DNA from: Gilvimarinus gilvus
GTDB taxonomy: Bacteria; Pseudomonadota; Gammaproteobacteria; Pseudomonadales; Cellvibrionaceae
Assembly (NCBI RefSeq): GCF_033898585.1
Contig: NZ_JAXAFO010000007.1
Location: forward strand, 46,272-110,271
Length of the DNA: 64,000 nucleotides
Direction of reading: 5' to 3'
Below, piece after piece: positions 28,601-39,265 of the stretch. The number at the start of each line of letters is the position of its first letter. The stretch's first letter is position 1. The position numbers and the translations under genes were made by a program. The notes under the pieces are model-generated. The model searched no databases and was not told where the DNA came from. It worked only from the letters and a program-made list of their open reading frames with translations.

Positions 28601-30975
28601 GCAGCATCACCGACCGATTGCGCCTTGCGCTGTCTGGCGTCAAGCAACTTTTGCTTGTGGCTTTCAAAGGACTCATAGACTTCTTCACGCTTGTCCATTA
28701 TATCGGTCAGAAACTGGTCAAAATCACTAAATTGACTTTCAAATTCCTCCAACTGAACAAGCAGGCGCGATAACTGTTCGTCGCACTTTTCTGGGGTTGT
28801 GGAAAGGCCCAATGCATTGGTTATACTTTGAGAGAACAGTTTAAATTGAGCCGAAAATTGAGATTTCGCCTCCTCTGACCCTAGATTCTTTCGTTTGTGT
28901 GTTGCATTGGCCTTGCTCTGATTAAGCTTCGCATAAACTGTAGAAATGGCGTCGATGATGCGAGTTCTAACAGTAGCATCATCCACCTTTAGTGTGCCCA
29001 TCAACTCAGACAGCAAATCAAGACTAAAAGCTGACTGCTCTATAGACTCTATAAGCGGCTGCAGGCTCGCATTGGTATTCGCTTTTTCAACTTCGCTATT
29101 GAGGTCTTCAATTTTCTGCAAAAAAGGGTCTAGGGAGTTCTCGTGTGATAGAAATTCAACGGTTTTTTTAGATACCGTTGCTTCAACCTCCCGTAGCTGT
29201 TCATCGAGCTCTTCAATTCTGACAACATCGATATAGCGATAATCTTTAATGGTGGTCAGGTGACCGCGTTGCTGGCGTATTTTTGCCAGAGCATCTACAT
29301 ACTCTTGTGCTGCAACCCAATTTTCAGATTGCACCGATTGAACCAGTATTTGCTGATTCCGCTCGGCCTCAGACATGGTTTTATCTGACTGCAGACGTAT
29401 ACTTTGAACCTTTTCAAATTCATCAATAACCAGCTCTGATGTCGCTGCAATATCCTTTACAATGTCAACGATCGCTTGGGTTTGTTCGGTACTAATCCAG
29501 TAGTGATCGTCAAATATTTTCTGGGCTGCTTTGCTAAGCTCTTCGTATAGGCGAAGCGATACAGACTGATCATCGATAATACGACTTATACTGAACAGGT
29601 CCGAAACACCTCGAACTAACTCCGCATTACCAATTTTACCGAGAAAGGTTTGGCTACTGGGTACCTTGCTCGCAAATTCTGCACTTTGATAGGGTGTTTG
29701 CCATACCTGCATGGGGTGTACGCGCGTTGGCTCACTTTCTGCCGAAAAAATAACCAACTGCCCATTCTCGGCGAGTGCATAACCGTGGCCGTATATCGGA
29801 TTCTGAAGCTTTTTTTCAATTAAATTGTAAGCGAAAAGCCCTACGACTCCATCAATCGGATCGTAGAATATGTAGAGTACATCCTCACCGTTTGGCGATC
29901 GGATGGAGCGCTTAAACTTTAAACTAACCGAGACTTCGTCGAAATTTTTGAACTCTCCGGTTTGCAAATAGTATCCGCCGGGAAAGACTAGCCCGTGATC
30001 TTCTGGTAGCTGGACGCATGACTGGCCAATCGCATCAACCCTAATAACTGTCTCAGTCAACGAATTGAATATAAGATAACGAAACTCGTCTTCACGGTAG
30101 GGTTTCACACGCACTAGTATAAGGTCGCCTACCGACGCATAGGCTATTTCTGCATCATCGAGAGATTGGGTTCGATCTTCCACAGGCTCGCGATAGACGC
30201 CCAGCCCGTCTTCCGTATTGTTCTCCGTTTTTATTGTGAGGTCACCGTTTGTGGTCTCTACAAAAACGGTATCGAGAATATTGATATGAGCGTGGCGACC
30301 ATGCACAATATCATCACGCGTGGTGTTTACCCACTCAAAGTCATACCGCGAAGGTAGTTTTATGTCTCGTTCGCCGCGGTTATCAATATACTGAACCTCT
30401 GTGCCATCGGCCGACACCGACCAGCGGAAAACACGTATATCATCCGGGCGCTCACCGATTTGAAATCCGGCTAACAGCTTTCCATCTTTAATAGTCAGTT
30501 CGGTCAATCGGGTTTGCTTGTAGTAGCGATAGAGCTCCTCGAAGTCGTTGACAAAGCCAGACTGAGACAAAAAAGTACCCGCAAAGGGAGCCGGCTTCAT
30601 CTCATAACTTTCATTGGTTTCTTCAAGTTTAAATAATGCGAAAACGTCTTCAACTTTGGTTTCTTTTTTTAACCCAATAAAAACGTTGTAACCAAATAGG
30701 AGGTACTCACCAACCTGCACAATATCGCGGGCAATGCAGTTGTTTTCAGTGCGCACCCGAACGCGCGCCTTAACTTCCATATCCGCGCTACCAAACTCCT
30801 CAAGTCGCGCAGCGTTGAGATTCGAGGCCTGTTCGAAAAGAGCTTTGCTTTGAGCTTCTAGCCGCTTGCGTATGATTTCATAGGCACCACCTTCGGCTAC
30901 TGCGCTATCGACAACATCATTGTTTTCCACCGCCACATCCGGTTGTTCCATATCACCACCTTTTACTCTGTACAC
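25666..30975 (-). CDS. 1769-aa multidomain protein: beta-rich N-terminal domain, about 800 aa of helical/coiled-coil region, then a MoxR/AAA_5-like AAA+ ATPase domain near the C-terminus
   Basis: Walker A MISPPGYGKTTL. Walker B VMLYLDD. MoxR-like VVMAGNPYTESGEAFKIPDMLANRADIYNL. Single uninterrupted ORF 42 nt downstream of the flotillin gene. Confidence 0.7.
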   Translation of the reverse strand: MYRVKGGDMEQPDVAVENNDVVDSAVAEGGAYEIIRKRLEAQSKALFEQASNLNAARLEEFGSADMEVKARVRVRTENNCIARDIVQVGEYLLFGYNVFIGLKKETKVEDVFALFKLEETNESYEMKPAPFAGTFLSQSGFVNDFEELYRYYKQTRLTELTIKDGKLLAGFQIGERPDDIRVFRWSVSADGTEVQYIDNRGERDIKLPSRYDFEWVNTTRDDIVHGRHAHINILDTVFVETTNGDLTIKTENNTEDGLGVYREPVEDRTQSLDDAEIAYASVGDLILVRVKPYREDEFRYLIFNSLTETVIRVDAIGQSCVQLPEDHGLVFPGGYYLQTGEFKNFDEVSVSLKFKRSIRSPNGEDVLYIFYDPIDGVVGLFAYNLIEKKLQNPIYGHGYALAENGQLVIFSAESEPTRVHPMQVWQTPYQSAEFASKVPSSQTFLGKIGNAELVRGVSDLFSISRIIDDQSVSLRLYEELSKAAQKIFDDHYWISTEQTQAIVDIVKDIAATSELVIDEFEKVQSIRLQSDKTMSEAERNQQILVQSVQSENWVAAQEYVDALAKIRQQRGHLTTIKDYRYIDVVRIEELDEQLREVEATVSKKTVEFLSHENSLDPFLQKIEDLNSEVEKANTNASLQPLIESIEQSAFSLDLLSELMGTLKVDDATVRTRIIDAISTVYAKLNQSKANATHKRKNLGSEEAKSQFSAQFKLFSQSITNALGLSTTPEKCDEQLSRLLVQLEEFESQFSDFDQFLTDIMDKREEVYESFESHKQKLLDARQRKAQSVGDAAERILLSVEKRSLKFTDSDKLNTYFASDALVLKSKELVEQLRELDSSVKADDIESRYKAIKEQALRSLRDKSDIFEDGGNVIKLGPRHKFSVNTQELDLTIIPREGKLNLHLTGTNYFEPVEDPGLQDSEDFWDLSLESETPDVYRGEFLASLIIDAAHKQQHGLSLDKLNKGLLDEDVLATIVKDFAAPRYKEGYERGIHDHDAVVLLKEILPALERADLLRFDPLSRGLAQIFWANINSQVKRKPKQSERELLSFNTWPERAQSASHMQTVFASTEALELLATEVREALCVFIERHPIPVSSIDIRRAADYLVAELSRERVEFIGSKYATQLAEELKRSMDDNTWRRYQMALEKMMGWPAERWNLSVAWLQALIVEKDLEHLRRYIPEAVALINADERLERRFTEADLELTFNGLLGDHPRIENRQTSFALDAYLQRMEQHKFEVIPTYQKYLNLRQEVIGRNREALRLEEYKPRPLSSFVRNRLINESYLPLIGDNLAKQMGTVGENKRTDLMGLLMMISPPGYGKTTLMEYVANRLGLIFMKINCPSLGHDVMSLDPDQAPNATARQELYKLNLALEMGNNVMLYLDDIQHTHPEFLQKFISLCDGTRRIEGVWKGRTKTYDMRGRKFCVVMAGNPYTESGEAFKIPDMLANRADIYNLGDILGGMDEQFALSYVENALTSNPVLAPLAVREMNDVYKLIDMAKGVNIATTDLSHSYSGAEINEIKQVLQKMFVIQDVILKINQQYIASAVQNDKYRTEPPFKLQGSYRNMNKMTEKVSAVMNERELMQMIEDHYQGEAQLLTTGAEDNLLKLAEIRGNMSPEQQSRWQQIKTDFQRNKAMGGDDANTGGKIVVQLADLVSGVQTLSNAVINTKKVESSDTAASEALTAMIDKLSEVVKKSKPSIKVVNEPVPGIDKVLTVLAETIEHSIFPLVRSMDKKLEIDLRTHEKMSDISNQLRSLEAEVASTPNKGTS

Positions 30976-31018
30976 CTAAAGAAGCAGGGAGCAGCTGCCC
31001 CCTGTTACCCGCAAATTT

Positions 31019-32983
31019 TTATCCTTGGGTTTCTTCTTTATCTGTCGATGTAAAGCTTGGAATAATGGGCTTTCCGGAAATTACACGATCGATTAACGAC
31101 TGAATCGTGCTACTTTTGTCAGCCAGACCATCGACAGCTTTACCGATAGACAGCGATTTCGCAAAGTTGTCGAAGAAATGATCCTCACCGCCAACAATAT
31201 CGATTTTCGCTTTTTGCAGCGCAACAGCAAGAACTTCTGCATTCTCCTTCGCGATATCTTTACCGGCGTCAATAGAAGCCAATGCCTCTTTAAGCGCAGT
31301 CTCTAAGCCCATACGATATTCTTCGTGTGCGCGCGCATCTTCACTCATGCTGTTCATCGCGCCAAATTTATCGACCAGACCATCAGCTTCGGCTTTGAAC
31401 TGTTCGCGTGTTACTTCGGCATTTGACATACCAATTTCTCTCGCGGCTTTGGCTTCTGATTCGCCTTTTGCTGCAATTACTTCAGCTTCTGCTTTACCCG
31501 TTCCTAAGTGAGCGTCTGCTTCGGCATCCCCTTTCGCGCGAATAACGTTGGCCTCTGCAACACCTTCTTTTTCCAACGCATCCGCTTTGGCTTCCTGCAC
31601 TTTAGCGTCAGCCAGACCAGGAGCGGCTCGCTCAGCCTGAACGCCTTCAGCAAGCTTTTTCTTGGAGTCGGCTTCTTTAGCCGATGCTTCAAGGTTAGCT
31701 TGTGCAATAGTAGTGATTTCTACGGCTTTGTGTTTTGCCGCAAGCTCTTCGGCCTCAGCAGCCTTGACCTGCTTGACCTTCTCTTCGTCGGCTTGCGCCT
31801 CGGCGGCAAGCACTTGTGTTTGCTTGGCGCGATCCGCTTCTGAAATTTCACGAACCTCTTTAATTCGCTCTTCTTCAATGGCGACTGTTTTGTCAACAGC
31901 GATACGTTCGCGAATAACATTCGCTATTTCTTTTCTCTCTACCTCTACAGCTTTTTCCGCGGCTATACGTTGGAGTTCTACTTCGCGCTCTCTGGAAACA
32001 ATTTCCAGGTCCCTTGCCCGGGTTACTTTTTCAACTTCAATAACCACGGCTCTTTGGCGATTTTGCTCGGCCACTTCAATTTCGCGTTTTTGGTTCTCCG
32101 TTTGAACGGAAAGGTCTTGATCGGCCTGAATGGTTGCTGTTTCAAATTTGAGCCTTTCTTCTTCCTGAACCTTTTTGGTTTCAGCTTCTTCGCGTGCGCG
32201 TATAGTGGCAATTTCTCTTTCTTGCTTAGCTTCGGCATCCGCCTGCTGACGATCCAGCTCTAGCATCGCCTCCACGGTTTCAACGTTCTTTTTCTTTACG
32301 GCGAGCTCTTCATCGCGCTCCAGCATGTTTGTTGTCACATTCTGCTTCGCGGTGAGCTCTGTAATCTTTTTGATACCCTCGGAGTCGAGAATATTGGTAG
32401 GGTCGAGTGACGATTTTGGTGTTTGTTCAAGATAGTCGATTGCCACGTCTTCAAGCACGTAACCGTTGAGATCTTCCCCGATAACTCGAATAATCTTTTC
32501 GCGGAACTCTAAGCGGTCTTCAAATAACTTAACAAAGTCAATTTGTTTACCTACAGTTTTTAGCGCCTCAGAAAACTTCGCGTTGAACAGTTCGTTAACC
32601 GCGCCTTTGTCAGAGGCCCGATTGGCGCCAATGGATTTGGCCACTTTCAAAACATCCTCCGCGGTTTCATTGACTCTTAAGTAGAAGGCAACCGTGATAT
32701 CAGCTCGCATATTATCCGCACAAATAAGGCCATCCTTGCCTCTTCTGTCGACTTCGAGCGTAATCAAAGAGATTTTCATCATCTCTTTTTTGTAGATGAT
32801 CGGATAGACCAGAGCACCGGTAAAATGCACTTTGGGTTTCGCTGACATATCATTGACGATAAGGGCCGTACCCTGATCGACCTTGACATAGAAGGCTTTG
32901 AATAGAGCCGCAAACCCCATTAAGACAATAAAGAAAATGCCAGCGCCAATTGCGATTGGCATAAGGCCTGATAGATCAGCCAT
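31019..32983 (-). CDS. yqiK: Flotillin-family (YqiK-type SPFH/band 7) membrane protein
   Basis: N-terminal TM, an SPFH domain, then a long E/A/K-rich flotillin coiled-coil region. Confidence 0.8.
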   Translation of the reverse strand: MADLSGLMPIAIGAGIFFIVLMGFAALFKAFYVKVDQGTALIVNDMSAKPKVHFTGALVYPIIYKKEMMKISLITLEVDRRGKDGLICADNMRADITVAFYLRVNETAEDVLKVAKSIGANRASDKGAVNELFNAKFSEALKTVGKQIDFVKLFEDRLEFREKIIRVIGEDLNGYVLEDVAIDYLEQTPKSSLDPTNILDSEGIKKITELTAKQNVTTNMLERDEELAVKKKNVETVEAMLELDRQQADAEAKQEREIATIRAREEAETKKVQEEERLKFETATIQADQDLSVQTENQKREIEVAEQNRQRAVVIEVEKVTRARDLEIVSREREVELQRIAAEKAVEVERKEIANVIRERIAVDKTVAIEEERIKEVREISEADRAKQTQVLAAEAQADEEKVKQVKAAEAEELAAKHKAVEITTIAQANLEASAKEADSKKKLAEGVQAERAAPGLADAKVQEAKADALEKEGVAEANVIRAKGDAEADAHLGTGKAEAEVIAAKGESEAKAAREIGMSNAEVTREQFKAEADGLVDKFGAMNSMSEDARAHEEYRMGLETALKEALASIDAGKDIAKENAEVLAVALQKAKIDIVGGEDHFFDNFAKSLSIGKAVDGLADKSSTIQSLIDRVISGKPIIPSFTSTDKEETQG

Positions 32984-33017
32984 AGTGGTTACTCCGTTTC
33001 CAAATTAGTTAAAGTAA

Positions 33018-33707
33018 TTATTCGTTTCCTAAGAACTCTTTTTCCGATATAACCCGGAAAGTGTTTTTCTCTTTTAGGTGCTCGAGTAGAACCACACGAT
33101 CACCCTTGCTAAAGGTCTCGCCAGATGTAGACCTAACTTTCAGTAGTAAACCAGCACCACCGTCTTCTAAAATTGCTTCGCCAAATGTCTCATCGACTAC
33201 TGATGTTCTTACAATAGCCGTTTGTCCCACCACATATTTAATGGCCTGGTACTGGGAGCTCTTAAAAAGGGGGCGAATCGGTTTTATCACCACCGCTGTC
33301 ACCATTACCGCGAGATATAGGCAGAACAACAGAACGGGTATTCCAACCAGAAAACTGACAAACCCGCCAGGAATAAAACCAAACAGGAAGTGCACGATAT
33401 AGTAGGAAATTAGCCAGCCGAACAAAGCAATAAATGAAATAATAATCGTTAACGGCACACCGTGTAGGCCAAAGCGCAACATTAAACCTGCTAGCATCTC
33501 GGGATTGCTAAGCCCATCACCCTGTGCGCCGACGCCGTCCGGGTCCGGAAGATCGAAATCCAAAAATTCGATATCGATAAAACCCAATACAGCCACCAAC
33601 CAGTACAAAACCGTTATGACCAGTAGAAACGTAAAGATTACGGTGGGAAAGGAAGATATATTCTGATAAAAAGGGTCCATATCTTCGAGAAAAAAGATTG
33701 TAAACAT
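33018..33707 (-). CDS. yqiJ: YqiJ/NfeD-like membrane protein with a C-terminal OB-fold
   Basis: Multi-TM N-terminus. C-terminal beta domain (…GQTAIVRTSVVDETFGEAILEDGG…GDRVVLLE…). The classic partner of yqiK. Confidence 0.6.
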   Translation of the reverse strand: MFTIFFLEDMDPFYQNISSFPTVIFTFLLVITVLYWLVAVLGFIDIEFLDFDLPDPDGVGAQGDGLSNPEMLAGLMLRFGLHGVPLTIIISFIALFGWLISYYIVHFLFGFIPGGFVSFLVGIPVLLFCLYLAVMVTAVVIKPIRPLFKSSQYQAIKYVVGQTAIVRTSVVDETFGEAILEDGGAGLLLKVRSTSGETFSKGDRVVLLEHLKEKNTFRVISEKEFLGNE

Positions 33708-33766
33708 TGGCCCACGTCCCTATTCTATTTTGATGGGCGACCAAAACACGGCCGCCCTAATAGCTG

Positions 33767-34450
33767 TTATTTTTTCTTTAAACGCTCAAGAATGTCATCG
33801 GCACTTTTGCCACTGGGCGCAATACCTGCTTCTTCAAGTTTGGACTTTAAAGACGCCTCCGTAGTTTCTTCGGATATTTCTTTAGCCGCTTCCATTTGTG
33901 CCGCTTTCAGTGCTTGCTTTTCTTTAATTCGTTCCAATGAGTCCATTGCGGTTCTCATTTTTGACTGCGAGCCACTATGTCTTTCTGCCACGGCGGCCTG
34001 CGCTCTTTGCACATTCTCCGTGGCCTTTACCGTATCCACTTGCTGTTTGAAGCGTTTCAGGTTTTGCTCGGCCTGCTTTATCGCAATGCGCAGTGACGTC
34101 AGGCTTTGCTCAAAGCCTTTTGCTGCGTCAGCCTCATTTGCCAACTGATTCTCAAGGTCAGCTAGCTTTTCCGCCACCTCGCGGGCGAGCGCCTCTTCGC
34201 CCTTGTCTAGCGCTTTTATCGCATAACTTTCGTGCTCTTTGATCTGACCTTCAATCTGAGCGCACCGCTCTTCAGCGACCTTTTTGCGCGCCAGTATATC
34301 GGCGAGACTGTCTTTTGATTGCTTTAGCTCCTCGGCAGATTCGCGAATTTCCTGATCCAGAATCCGCAAAGCCTGGCTATCTACAATGGCTTCACCGGCT
34401 TCGTTTACGCCGCCTTTAAGGGCTGTCATCATTTTTGACCAAATGTTCAT
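33767..34450 (-). CDS. PspA/IM30/Vipp1 (ESCRT-III-like) family protein, YjfJ-like
   Basis: 227 aa, all-helical. MNIWSKMMTALKGGVNEAGEAIVDSQALRILDQEIRE… matches the PspA/YjfJ N-terminal pattern. Confidence 0.85.
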   Translation of the reverse strand: MNIWSKMMTALKGGVNEAGEAIVDSQALRILDQEIRESAEELKQSKDSLADILARKKVAEERCAQIEGQIKEHESYAIKALDKGEEALAREVAEKLADLENQLANEADAAKGFEQSLTSLRIAIKQAEQNLKRFKQQVDTVKATENVQRAQAAVAERHSGSQSKMRTAMDSLERIKEKQALKAAQMEAAKEISEETTEASLKSKLEEAGIAPSGKSADDILERLKKK

Positions 34451-34464
34451 TACTATGCTCCTGA

Positions 34465-35097
34465 TTAACTCGCCGCGACGGATAGTTTTAAATGTTCGCC
34501 ATAGGCCTCGGTCGCCTGAATCACATTGCTCGCCAACACCTCGATTTCAAAGACCACATTGTGCAACAATGACGTGGAACTAAGGGCTCCGAACATTTGA
34601 TAGTAATCTCCGTTGGCGCCCATCTGGTCAAGGCTAATGGTAGAAAGCGGAAAGTATTTATGAGTCCTAAGAATTAAATCGTTGAATCGAGCAACATCAA
34701 CCACTTCGTCTACCGACCAAAGTACAGACTCAACAATAATCTGATCGCCCGCCACGGTTAGGAAAATCGGCAAGTCACCATACTCTTTCATGGTGATGTG
34801 TATCGCCTTGTCTACCCCCTCAATCAGCTCGACACTCGCCATATCACTGGTAAGCAACTCTGTATTGGTAAGGGCTTCATATAGGCTGGTAGTATCCCAA
34901 CTATTCTCTCGTCTCTCAGTCATGCTTTTTTCTCCTTTTAAAGCAAACGACTCGCCACGCTCTCTTAGCAACTTCTCTAGCTCAGCAAGTTGTCCCGCAT
35001 TTTCTGGAAGTATCCAGACTTCTTTCTTAACCAGGCCCTGTTCACGGAGCCTTTTTCGATATTCGCGCTGATAGTGTGCAGAAGATTTCGCTTTCAT
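34465..35097 (-). CDS. YjfI-like (DUF2170) protein with an extra basic N-terminal segment of about 50 aa
   Basis: C-terminal 150 aa match the DUF2170 pattern (DLPIFLTVAGDQIIVESVLW…FNDLILRTHKYFPLSTISL…GDYYQMFGALS). N-terminus AHYQREYRKRLREQGLVKKEVWILPE. Followed 14 nt downstream by the PspA gene. Confidence 0.55.
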   Translation of the reverse strand: MKAKSSAHYQREYRKRLREQGLVKKEVWILPENAGQLAELEKLLRERGESFALKGEKSMTERRENSWDTTSLYEALTNTELLTSDMASVELIEGVDKAIHITMKEYGDLPIFLTVAGDQIIVESVLWSVDEVVDVARFNDLILRTHKYFPLSTISLDQMGANGDYYQMFGALSSTSLLHNVVFEIEVLASNVIQATEAYGEHLKLSVAAS

Positions 35098-35110
35098 AGG
35101 ATCATCTTAG

Positions 35111-35160
35111 TTTGTTACATGTGATACTGTCAAGAAATTACATGTAATATCAACAGTATC
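35111..35160. promoter_or_regulatory. Concentric palindromic operator-like site upstream of the operon
   Basis: TTACATGT-GATACTGT-caagaaa-TTACATGTAA-tatca-ACAGTATC. The outer 8-bp inverted repeat and the inner perfect 10-bp palindrome share a centre 40-45 bp upstream of the start codon at 35097. Confidence 0.4.
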
Positions 35161-35633
35161 GTTTTAGTTACGGCACTGGGGCCAATCAAAAACGATAGTT
35201 CGGGTATCAAATGCACACTAGCAGACGCGTGCTGGACGGGTTGTGTTTTAGCTTGGGCAGAAATAATTCAATATCCTTATGAGTGGGCGCTTATCCTTAA
35301 AACAGGGCGCTGACGGAAACTTGGCCCCCTTATTTTATGCTCTGATACGGGACATGTACCAGCTAACGCAGACTTCGGAGAAGTATATCCAATTATCTAT
35401 GTGTTAGGTATGTCTTCCATATTATCGGTTTACTGTTGCAATTTCTGGTCACTCTGGAGCGCTTTTTTGGCAATTGCACATCAGGATGCAGGGGCGGCAC
35501 ACCTTAGTTGCAACGAATGATGCGAACCCGCAAAAACGAAGAGAAAAAGGCGTTGGCGCACTGAGCACCTAACAGACAAAAGGTGCAAGCCTAATAATAT
35601 CCCAGTTGATTCGCTTCGACACATTAGCTTCCT

Positions 35634-35668
35634 ATAAAAAAGGCGCCAATACAAAGTAAAGGCGCCTC
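35634..35668 (-). terminator. Rho-independent terminator of gyrB
   Basis: Minus strand reads AGGCGCC-(13-nt loop)-GGCGCCT followed by TTTTTTATAG, about 25 nt after the gyrB stop. Confidence 0.6.
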
Positions 35669-35693
35669 AAATTACTTAATAGTGAATACTTAC

Positions 35694-39255
<3,562 letters not shown>

Positions 39256-39265
39256 GACGTTATAC

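Noticed and set aside
25683-30357. Plus-strand ORFs inside the giant ATPase gene (25730-26209, 28946-29236 and others)
   Set aside because: These are antisense shadows of a 5.3-kb coding region with low-complexity translations. The minus-strand frame is continuous and homology-supported (AAA+ motifs).
30976-31018. Near-palindrome CAGGGAGCAGCTGCCCCCTG between the flotillin and giant ATPase genes
   Set aside because: This is a short imperfect hairpin in a 42-nt intercistronic gap. It could affect mRNA processing or coupling. It is too small and unsupported to call a terminator or attenuator.
31504-32263. Several ORFs of 60-150 aa on the plus strand, antisense to the flotillin gene (for example 31662-32105)
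   Set aside because: They lie entirely within the E/A/K-rich coiled-coil region of yqiK. Low-complexity GC-skewed coding sequence generates long stop-free antisense frames. They show no Shine-Dalgarno sequences and no protein-like composition (Ser/Ala/Cys runs).
35098-35693. Possible sigma-54 promoter or small RNA in the 600-bp leader of the PspA-flotillin operon
   Set aside because: I looked for GG-N10-GC (-24/-12) elements on the minus strand. The best candidate, near 35435, has TG instead of GG at -24 and lies more than 300 bp from the start. I saw no convincing terminator-bounded sRNA. Only the palindromic site at 35111-35160 is reported.
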